Shown: piece by piece, positions 53,331 to 64,000 of the stretch
Position numbering within the stretch: the first letter of the stretch is position 1
How the letters are laid out: every line of letters starts with the position of its first letter
Assembly (NCBI GenBank): GCA_976551045.1
Contig: CDPCPM010000060.1
Span: 15,438,001-15,502,000, forward strand
DNA from: Glaucostegus cemiculus
Taxonomy: Eukaryota
Direction of reading: 5' to 3'
Length of the DNA: 64,000 nucleotides
Made by a program: the position numbers and the translations under genes
The notes under the pieces: generated by a model
The model's database searches: none
What the model was told of the DNA's origin: nothing
What the model saw: only the letters and a program-made list of their open reading frames with translations

Positions 53331-54059
53331 TATATTATTCTTTAAATATAAAGCCTTGATTTACTCTGAATACCAGAACCCCATGAAAGAAAATCAGTTG
53401 GACTTTGTGAAAATTGTGCAAAACTATAGCATTCCTCCTCTAATTAAGGATAGCGTACCATAAGACTACATGGGGCCCCTGATATGATGCTACATTGTTA
53501 ATAGCTCCTATTGGATTTTCCTCCTATACTGTACTTTATCAATATTATTGTTTTAGTCTTGATCAATATTTGCCCTCTTGTTCCTTCAAGCCTCAAAAAC
53601 AAAACATCTACATGGTTTGCTTCTCCATCAAGTTTATAAAGCACTGAAATCAAGACATAGTTCACAAACCAGTTTTAACTAATTCTTTCTCAGTACTGCA
53701 AAACTGTGAGACTCCTTACTTCCAGTCTTTCTTTCAGACTTGTAAGCTTCATATCACCTAGTGAATTCTTACTAACCTCACTTCAATTCTTACTAGCCTC
53801 AGTCCAACTGATATGGTGTCTTGTTTTGACAAATGATTTATACAAAAAAAGCTTTTAATACATTCACAATTATGAATGGACATTCTTAGGGATTCTATAG
53901 ATTACATCTGTCCACTTCTATCAGGACCACTGCCACAATTCACCATTCTTTTTATTGTCATTTACCTAAATTGGATTTCAATTTGTACATGTTTTTAATA
54001 ATTTGCACAAAATAAAACTAAATGCAATTCATCTTGAACGTAATTCATTCAACTATCCA

Positions 54060-54540
54060 TAGGTATCATGGTCGGCCTGGGTAAACTGGGCTGAAAGAGC
54101 CTGTTTCTGTGCTCTATGATTCTATCTCCACCAATGACTGCATTAGTCCCTTACCCATCTGTACCCTTCCTATTAAAGTACCTGCCCAAATGCCTTTGAA
54201 ACAGTGTAATTCTATCTGCCTCCACCACCTCCTCTGGTAGCTTGTTTTAGATATTCACCAAACTCTGTGTAAAAAAAAACATACCCCTTAGGTCTCCTTT
54301 AAATTTCTACCCTCTCACCTCAAAACTGTGCCCTATAGTTCTAGACAATCCTGCCCTGGGAAAAACGACTCTCTCCTATCTATGTCCCACATAATTTTAT
54401 AAAACTCTATAAAGTTACCTCTCAGTCCTCAGAATGCACACTTGCCTGTATTAAATTCCACCTGCCACTAGTCGGGCCAACTTTCCAGCTGTATCCTTAA
54501 CAACCTTTCTTGCTATCGACGACTACACTAATTTTTGTAT
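54060..54540. mobile_element. CR1-family fragments (short + tail, then antisense pieces)
   Basis: gggctgaaagagcctgtttctgtgctctatgattctat, then ctgcctccaccacctcctctggtagc...ataattttataaaactctataaagttacctctcag. Confidence 0.6.
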
Positions 54541-55548
54541 TCTGAGTAATTTCATCAACTTGAGTTATCTTTTGAATATTCAGAGTATTGGTATTAATAA
54601 CTTCACAACAAATCCTCATTTCCTCCATGAGAATATCTCTTTAATTAATGGAAAAAATGTTTGTAGAAGTAGAAGTCAAATATTTTAAGTTATTGTTTTC
54701 CTGTTCTACTAGCTTGAAGAGGATATTATTTAAAAAAATCTATTCAGAATTTATCCAAAGAACACACACCATAAGCAGTATAATACAGCATACTCTCTGC
54801 TAAAATGTTCCCTTTTGTTTTAGAAACTGTGTATTTTCCCTTTTTATTTCACACATTTCCATAAATTTGATGAACCCCTGATTTAGCATCCTCTTTTGAT
54901 CCTCCTGGTTTTTAGCCTGCCCAAAATCACAAATAATAACACCTCTGGCTTATTATTGATTCTGTAACATCACACTAGATATTTTAATGAGGTGGTTGTC
55001 AAATGACAATGACCTTTTTCACAATCCCCATCTCACTATTAAACACTAAGACATATAATTCTACTAACCTATGTCTGGTTATGACATGTTGGCACAAAGA
55101 AATCCCAAACTAGTGCATGAACCTCCCTCTTTGAAAATTTTATTACCCATCTCATTGTACGTCATGACAACAAGAATTCTCTCCAAGTTGCCCTCAGTTA
55201 CTGCTTTGTCCTTTCAACCTTTTCCACATCTACTTTTATTATCATTGTGTTTACAGTCATTTCCAACTAGTATTTTCAACAGCATCACAGATTTTCCAAC
55301 AAACTGGACCATATGGCCTCAAAGTTAATACAGTTGTTTTGTTGAATGTCAGAACTTTACCAAGTTGAATAAGATTTAATTCATATATCGACAAACCACA
55401 ACATTCTCACATTATTATTTCAATCAGCAAACTTCTGTATTTAAGTATGTAGTATAATGTATTTGAACTTCCTGATAATGAATAATTACAATTTTGTATG
55501 TTCACAACTATACTACTTCTAATGTTATCATGGTTTTGAAATATACTA

Positions 55549-55695
<147 letters not shown>

Positions 55696-55894
55696 CTAGT
55701 CAGAAATTCCAAACATTGTTAGTGACTTGAGGTAGGATGACAGAATCTGTTGATTGAGTTATTAACCTCAATTATCCACTTGAATTTTCAATCACAGATC
55801 TGAAATTACCCATATACACACTGTAATTAGATTTGACATGCGTCAATATTACATTTTGTCACTAGAATTAATATAAATCAACATTATTGAATAT

Positions 55895-57650
55895 CAACAG
55901 AAAATGCTGAAAACAGTAAGTCAGGCAACATCTGTGGAAAGAGAAGTAGAGCTAATATTTCAGGTTGAAGACCCTTCACTGAAGCAGAAAAAGAGAGAAA
56001 GCAAATTTTTCTAACTGGCAGAGTATGTGGGGGATGGGAACATGTGGAACAAAGGGAATATCTGTAATAGGTTGAAATAGCATTGCTATTAAATGGACAG
56101 TCAATCTCCTTTGTCTGAATAGTGTGTTTTTCTAGTATTTTGTTTTTACTTCAGATTTCCAGCAACTGCAATTGTGATTTTCATGTATTGACTTTCAGTA
56201 TTTGCTAACTAACCCCCTTCAGGCCAGAGATCAGCATGGAGTAAACTACACCTATGTTGGGAAGTGATGCCAACATTTGTTTAACAACTAGTTGTAATTC
56301 TATGACCAATTTCTTTTAATATTTACATGAAAATATTGACACATTGTGAAGGGTTGCACAGGCTAACCTTACACAAACCAGAAGCAAACTTGGGGTCCTT
56401 CTGGCCTGCAGAGCTCATTTAGGATCTACATACAATGGGCATCAATTCTTTTTTCAAATTTGCAAACTCTTGCAAAGGCAAGCAGCAGAATATTTATTAA
56501 CATTCTGATGGTTGTTCAAAAGTGGTAATCGATCAGGAAGTGGTAGTTCAGTGGTACAGCTTGTGTTGACAACTAACATTGGTTACTGTTCCACAATATA
56601 GGTTCTGTTTCTTCCTTCTTCCTGAACTACGGCTTCCCCTCTACCATTGTTAACAAACATCTTGACCATCTCCTATACCTCTGCTCTCACCCCCTCTGGG
56701 ACAGAATAAGGATAGAGTTCTCACTGTCCTCGCCTTCCACCCCTCCAGTCTCCTCATTCAATAGATCATTCTCTGCAATTTCTGTCACCTTCAGAGAGAT
56801 TCCACCACCATACACATCTTCCCCTTTCATCATTTCACAGGGACTATTCCTTTCATGACTCCCTGGTCCATTATTCCATTCCCACCAATCACCTCCTTCT
56901 TACAGGACTTTCCTTTGCAACAACAGGCGATGTGACACTTGGACTTTCATCTCTTTTCTCAACATCCAGGAAGCCTCATAGCACTTGCAGGTGAACCAGT
57001 GATTTAAATGCACTTCCACCAACCTAGTGTACTGCATTCAGTGTTCATAATGTGGTTTTCTCGACACTGGAGAAACCAAACGCAGATTGTGTGACTGCTT
57101 TCAGGAGTACCTGTGTTCAGTTTGCAGGGGTAACACTGTGCTTCATGTAGCCTGCCACTTTAATTCCCCATCTCCCTTCCACTCTGACCTATCAGTCTGC
57201 AACCTCTCACACTGTTACACTGCGGTTCAATGCAAGTTTGAGGAATAGTACCTCATCTTCCATTGCAGGCTTCTGGATTCAATACTGAATTCTTCTACTT
57301 CAGGATATTTTATTTCTAAGTCTGTACCAGTTGGCCATCTATATTTTTAAAAGATTTTCTCTAGAATTGGAGGGCATGTCCAGCCGGAACTGTTGGGCAT
57401 GTCTTCCTGCTCTGCATTTTATAACTCTTATATTCTTCTATGTTCTTGCCTTCTTGCTCTCTAACTGCTCCCTTTCATTCATGACCAAATACCCTTGTTA
57501 ACAGCTTATTCCCATTGTCACCTTGGTCTTATACTATCAATTAACTCCCCTTAGTTTATCAAGCTTCTTTTCTCTCCTTTTCAGCTCTGTTTCTCTTCCC
57601 ACAGATGCAACCTGACCTGCTGAATATTTCCAGCATTTTCTGTTTTTATT
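55895..57650 (+). mobile_element. Penelope-like element remnant (GIY-YIG endonuclease pseudo-ORF with flanking terminal repeats)
   Basis: 56988-57113 translates QVNQ*FKCTSTNLVYCIQCS*CGFLDTGETKRRLCDCFQEYL (VYCIxC..C...YIGETKR.L..RF.EH pattern). An inverted terminal repeat lies at about 55900-55985 and a direct one at about 57585-57650. Confidence 0.8.
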
Positions 57651-60600
57651 ATGCACATTTTAACAAATGAATTTGGGCGGCACTACAATGGTCAAATGGA
57701 TGGGTTTGTTGTGCACTGAAACAGTTCATTAAAAGAGGCTGCTTCTTCTATAGTAGGAATGCTCTTATTTTAAGAAAAATGCAGCCAAAATAAAGAGTCG
57801 AAGTAATACACATGAAACAAAAACAGCTAAGCTCAATATGAAAATAACAAAGGTATAAGAAAATAGATTTTAGTTGAAAATTTAAGTTATTAGTTTGCAT
57901 AAAGGTTCAATATCAAAGCAGGGTACATATATCATGCACAGCTGCATACAATTAGACTTGTACAGCAACACTTTATTTGCAAAATGTTAAGTGATGTGAA
58001 GTCTGGGCAAAGATTACAGCATTTGTTTAGCATTATCATTAACATGCTTTTTTAAAAAAAAGAAACAGAAATCAAGCATAAGAACCAAACCAAAGGACTG
58101 TTTAATGGACTCTTAATTACTTCAAAGACTACTGTGCAGATTAAAGGATCAGTTTATGATTATAAACATAGGCTATACCATGACAGACCGGATCATAATT
58201 ACCAAGTCAACTGCCCTTCAATGAGAATCTGCAATTAACTGGCTTCTGTCAATGTCTTTTCACATGCAGTTTCCCACTAATTTTCATTTCATATGCAGAA
58301 GCATGAAGTTTTATTGGAGTGCTAATTTGAAACATAAGCAACATGAAAAAGTGCTCCTGAAAAAAAATCATGCTCATGGTAACACATAGGAAAATTGCAA
58401 ATAAACTGTATTTGTTCTGTGCCAAGCATACACTAAGCTGGTCCTGGAAGTAAAGGGAAAATAAAGAGAGTGAAGGTGGTTGGTTTAAAACGATGCTATG
58501 CATTTGGAAAATCTCTCTCTTATTGCAAAATTGCCAACAGAAGTTTAGCTCATTTGAAATTTCAATGTGTGAAAAATTGTAATTTTATTAAAACCTTACA
58601 AACCAACTGTGAAAATTGGCAAATTGTCACATCATCAGTTCATGACAGTCCTTCATGGCAGGCAGTATATTAACCCTATTTGGTCTGTGATGTATGCAAC
58701 TCCAGTCCCATATGATAAGCTTTAATCTTAAAGCGACCTAAAAAATAAACCTAAACAACATTCAATTGAAAGAAAAAGCAGCTGCAATAAAACTGCAACA
58801 AGAAGCTGACCCATTAAATTTTTCCTATGATGATTAGAGATGAGAAATGTAGTTATTCCAGTGCTTGGCTCCCCAAAATAATAATGTACAATCTTGGCTG
58901 ATTAGGAATTCAAGGGTTTTGCTTGAGACAAATATTACATTACTTAAAAAAAGTATGCAACTATATGTACTGTGTTAAGATGAACCATTTGCATCTTCAT
59001 TATTCCCACACTGTTTTTGAACTAGACAAATCAATTTCTGTTTATCCTGTAAATTCCTTAATCAAAAATATTACAAAGAAAAACTTAAATCGATGAGCAA
59101 ATGCTCTCTGGTCTTCTAAACATCTGCAATATTCATGTTTTAAATAATGATCCACCACCTGTATCCAAAGCCCTGATGTCCATAAATCTGGTTTTAGACA
59201 AGGAAATCACAACCAAACATGCAAACTGAAGCTGAAGATGAAATAAATGTTTCTGTCTAAACCAGGGCACCATTCATCATGAGAAACTAAAATTTCTTTA
59301 TATTTTTTCCACTCTAACATGGTCTCTGTGACATACAATCCAAGTGAAAATAACTGTGCTTCCTTCAAGACTTCAATAAACTTTAAAGCCCTGGATTCCT
59401 CTGATAATATCTATTAACTACTTCTTGCTGAAGAAACTCAGGCCAGAAGTTCAGTCATATCAGAATATTGTTTATTGTGCAATACTGTTTATTGTGCAAT
59501 AAATTCAGAGCCTCTGTAATTACCAGTCAACAAGAAGTTTGTCAATGAGAATGATCATTTCAAGGGATGAGCTGAAGCGCCTGTTTCTGTGCTGTATTTA
59601 GACCATCACAAAAATACTAAATCATATGCTGTTGTAAGTAAAACTGATAATTAAGTTGTAATTTAAAAAAAATCTTTTATGTTGATCCCATATTCAACAG
59701 ATATCATTCTTACAACTGAAAGGTATTTAAAAAACAATACATTTATGAATTTTTATTTTAATGTATAATAGCACCGAGAACTTTCAGTTAAACAGGAGTG
59801 GATTTTTTATGCATTTCCCAGATGATATCATGCAAGTAGGAATGCAAGAAATGTTTGACGATTTGTACCTTATTAAAAGATTAAAATGCTAGTTTACTGT
59901 TTTGCAACCACTGCTATACAGCAGACCTAATCACAAATATATGTAACTCATTTTAAATTTAGAAAATATCTACTTAGTTTGCTGATGTTTCAGAATTATT
60001 TGTTCAAGCAAGCTGAATGCAGATTTTAATTGTGCTTAAGACGAGGCAGTGGTTCTCAAGGAATGCTCACATATTGCATTGAACAGCAATTGGATGATCG
60101 CAATCTCTCTCTGCGTGGACAAATGAAGTGCTATACATTTGCATTTGTTTGTTACCAAACTCATTTGGTGTATTTCTGTGTTCAAAAGAAAAGATAATAG
60201 TTTCTCCCTCACTCAAGTGATTGTAGAAGAGGTTCAGGCAAAATAATATTGTGAAACACACAAAAAAAACTAAATCATTCATGTCCTTAAGATGAAACAG
60301 CAGTTCAACAATATAATGTTTAAAAACAGAAATAGACCCACAACAGCATAATTACAACAATACAATTACAACAGCATAATCATGTTTCCTAAATTACCTC
60401 AGAGTGAGATTGTTAATTCAAATTCTTCTGAATCTATTCAAATCAAAGTAGTTTAATTCTAGCAGAATATTTTCATCTACACTACTGTAAAATAATTAAG
60501 AGGAAAAGATTAAAAAGACAACAGATTAGTTTGTTGCAGATTATAAGGATACCCTTTTTATATAGCATCTTATTACATGTTAGAAATACACTATAAAAAT

Positions 60601-61259
60601 ATCATATACAATGAATTATTGAACTGAATTTATTATGAACATACCAGACAATTCAGCAATATTTTTTAACGATAGTACCTACTGAGAGACAGAACTGCTG
60701 ATGTGATGAGATAAAGAGTCAGTTAGAATTTGAGCTTAATGTAATAGATCAGTGTACACACAGCCAGTCAATGTGGCATCCTTATTGATCAATGAATGGC
60801 TATAAGCTTCCTCAGGCTTCTTAACAAGGTGTCATTGCTAACTCATTCACAGTTTATACCTATTACACCCTCATTTTTTGACATTGGGGCGAAGGGAAAG
60901 TTAAACAAATGAGTGAGCAGTGGTGATGGTAGAGGGGGAATGGCAGAAAGTGGGGAAATTAAGGGAGTAGCTTTTTATCTGGGAGACCAATGGTATGATT
61001 ATAGCTGTATATCTGCTTTCAGAAACTGCCAATTGTCTGAAGGACTGAAAAAGAACACACTTCCCACAAAGACTCCTCACTTTAATCTTTGTATCATGAC
61101 TTGCACATGATGAAAAGAGGATTGTATTTTCTAAGGTATATTCTCCTCATATAGTGCCTTTCTATTCCATCCCGAGCTATTCTTTCATCTCATTAAAATA
61201 TAAAAAAACTACTCATGAGATATGTCTTGACTTTTATTTTTAGAAGATGATTGGCCAAT

Positions 61260-62740
61260 AAGATGCTATGTGCTAGAAAAAAAATTACCAGAGGCCTGGT
61301 TCATCCTATCTGTGCCAGTCAAAAGAGAGCACTCTAGCCTAATCCCAGAACTAGGCAGAACTAGGTCATAGTACTGCAGCCCTTGCCTCAAGTACACATC
61401 CAAGTACCTTTCAAATGTAATGAAAATGTTTTTGCCTTACCACCCTTTCATTTCAAAGAAATTCCAATATTCTACCACTTTTTGGGTGGAAACAAATCAT
61501 CTCCCTTTAATTTTATACATCTCAATTGTCTCACTTCTGTTTCAAAGATAATAACCTCTGGCAATGTGTTCCAGACACCTATCACTCTCTGTGCAAAACA
61601 AAACTTGCCTTGCAAATCCCTTTTAGACTTTCCCCCTCATCTTTAATCTATGTTCTTTAGTATCTGGCATTTTCATTCTGTGAAAAAGAATATCTACCCC
61701 ATTTTATGCCTCTCATAATTATATATACACCCATCAGGTCATCCCTCAGCATCCAGCTCTCCAGAGAGAATAATCCAAGTACGTCCAACCTTTCCTTACA
61801 GCTAATACTGTCTAATCCAGGCAATATCCTGGTGAACCTCTTCTGCACCCTCTCCAAAGCCTCCACAACCTTCCTGTCATTTGGCAATATGATCTGCATA
61901 CTGAACAGATAAGAGACACAAGAGACTTCAGATGCTGGAATCTGGAGCAATACACAGTTACACTGCACTGTCTCTACTGAACAGATATTGCTGGAAATAC
62001 TTAGTGGGCCAAGCAGCATCTGTGGAGAAAGGAACTTCTTTTACCTTTGGTGAAACTCTGCTTCTCACTCCACAGATGCTGCCTGGCCTGACTATTTACA
62101 CTACTGTTTATATTTCACATTTCCACCATCTGCAGAGTTTTGCTAAGGGGACTGCAATTACCTGGCTTATCCCTTCCTCCCTTTTTAAACGATGGCACAA
62201 TATTAGCAATCCTCCAATTCTCTGCTACAATTCCTGCAGACAGGACATAGTTCCTCCAGGCACAGAAATTTATCAATTTTAAAAAAATGCTAAGCCCCTT
62301 AATACTTCTCTTACAACTATGTTTACCTGAACCAATATTTCATCCCTCTCCTTAATTACAATGTCATTATCACCACCCTTCTTTCTAAAGGCAGTCAAAA
62401 GGTATTCACCAAGAACTTTAGTCATAATCTCTACCCTGGTAAGCACTGCTCTTTTCTTATATCCTTTGATTCTTTATGCACTCACTCATAAAGCAACTTT
62501 GGATCTTCTTTGATTTTATTTACCAGTACTTTTTTCACGGCCTCATTTTGCTTTCCTATTTTTTTCTTTCCATTTCACCTGAAGCTTATTATGCTTCCAG
62601 ACTTCCTGGTGCATTAAGTTCTCAATATCTGAGATAAGCTTCCCTTTCTGGCTGAATCTTACTCTCAACACTTTGTTATCCAGAGTTAGTTTCAACTCCT
62701 GGAATCTTCTCTTTGAGTGTCTTCCACTGCTCTAACACTG
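61260..62740 (-). mobile_element. CR1 LINE fragments (antisense), interrupted at 61.92-62.14 kb
   Basis: ORF 61657..62019 contains VVEALERVQKRFTRILPGL...KERLDVLGLFSLE...LRDDLMGVYIIMRGI. Confidence 0.8.
61920..62145. mobile_element. Penelope terminal-repeat-derived fold-back (MITE-like) unit
   Basis: Perfect inverted 15-mer gcagcatctgtggag (62013-62027) / ctccacagatgctgc (62068-62082), plus outer arms cagatgctggaa / ttccaccatctg. Confidence 0.7.
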
Positions 62741-63834
62741 TTAGTCACAGGTTTCCTCATGGATGAGATGGGCACTTGCTCCCTGTGTAAAACCATTGAG
62801 TTAAATTTCATGAGAATCAAGTATGGGGTGTGAATCAAAGACAGGTCAGTCAAGATTTCACTGATTGGCTGAACAGGCTGTTCCTATTTTTCCAGGGCAG
62901 TGAGGAAACTTTTCAACTTAAATAGGGCCCCAGTATCTTGCGAGAAAGAAGAGTTCCTATGTGCCAAAATGTATGAATGACAGGAAGACAGCAATAGATT
63001 GTATTTTGAATACACAAGATAAGCTACAATGAGTATGGAAAAAAGGACCAACTTTTCAAATATGTTAAAGTACAATTTTATTTTAAAAATCTCATTTCAC
63101 TGATTTATTTTCAAAATTGCCAAAATTGTCTTAAGTGGCTCCAGGTGAATGCACAGCTGTAGTCAAACTAGTATAAAGTTTGTCAGCACATGTGCTTATG
63201 ATTCAGAAAATCTAGCTTGAGGGTAGAACACATTTCCCAGCAGTTGTAATTGACATTGCTATAATCAGGAATATAAATAATATGCCAATTTTCAAGACAA
63301 CAGTTTGTTTTTGCATTTGTGTTTGAATATATTTCATTCATGCATTGAGTTAAATTTTATACATATCCTGGTGAGACAATCAGCACCTAACTTACCACGC
63401 TCAGACAAAAGATCCACCATTTCAATTCAGAAAGAAAGTATGACTCTCTAATAGGCTACACTTAGCTGCAATTACATAGAATTACATTGTACGTACAGAG
63501 GAGGAGACTACTTGTATAAACCTGTATTTACTGTTGTTTATGCCCAACTAGTATTTGTTGGAGTTATTCAAGACATGGTTCCTCCCATGATCCTTTCAGC
63601 AAACTTTTGCCCTTTTTCACTCCTACTAATCTAGTATTCTTTGGAAAGCAATTTGCCTCAACCATTCCTGTAGGAGCAAGAATCAAACTGTAACCAGTTG
63701 TTTATTGGTCAGAAGCAATATTGTCTCTAGATGTGCCTCTAATTCAAGAATCCATGAGAAAGGTGCTTGGCTTCTCAATCAAATGTGCAACTTCTTTGAA
63801 AGATCCTTTAAAATGATTATTATTCCAGAATTAT

Positions 63835-64000
63835 TACACCAGATCATATAAACGGTGAAAGATTGCAGCATGCTGTTGTGCAGAGGGACTTGGGAGTGCT
63901 TGTTCATTAATCACAAAAGGTTGGTTTGCAGGTGTAAATAGGTTATCAAGGCGGCAAATAGAATGTTGGCCTTCATTGCTAGAGGGATTGAATTTAAGAG
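63835..64000 (+). mobile_element. CR1 LINE fragment running off the window edge
   Basis: INGERLQHAVVQRDLGVLVH...AANRMLAFIARGIEFK, with a frameshift and a stop. Confidence 0.85.

Noticed and set aside
55700-64000. Search for the next upstream EXT2 exon (…EAVLAIDDDI…LQFGYE)
   Set aside because: Not found by eye on the - strand; presumed to lie beyond the window.

Overview
Vertebrate genomic DNA, most likely a cartilaginous fish (probably a ray/batoid, inferred from the HE1/V-SINE, SacSINE1-like, CR1, Rex1 and Penelope repeats). Two spliced genes face each other tail to tail. ALX4 is complete on the + strand: 4 coding exons, 9366-42591, 366 aa, with a paired-class homeodomain and OAR domain. 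EXT2 contributes its last four coding exons on the - strand (55695 to 49455); the ORF track misses them. The rest is intronic/intergenic DNA with decayed retroelements. Points worth a second look: a near-intact tRNA-Ser(CGA) antisense in ALX4 intron 1, in tandem with a SINE head; a 94-nt decayed duplicate of the EXT2 terminal exon downstream of the EXT2 stop; Penelope-derived fold-back units with hammerhead-ribozyme-like cores; two intronic hairpins that pair best on the ALX4 sense strand; and a CpG-retaining domain that ends sharply after ALX4 exon 3. I found no convincing evidence of a wholly new multi-gene system. All calls come from reading the sequence by eye, so repeat boundaries are approximate and family names are from recalled consensus features.
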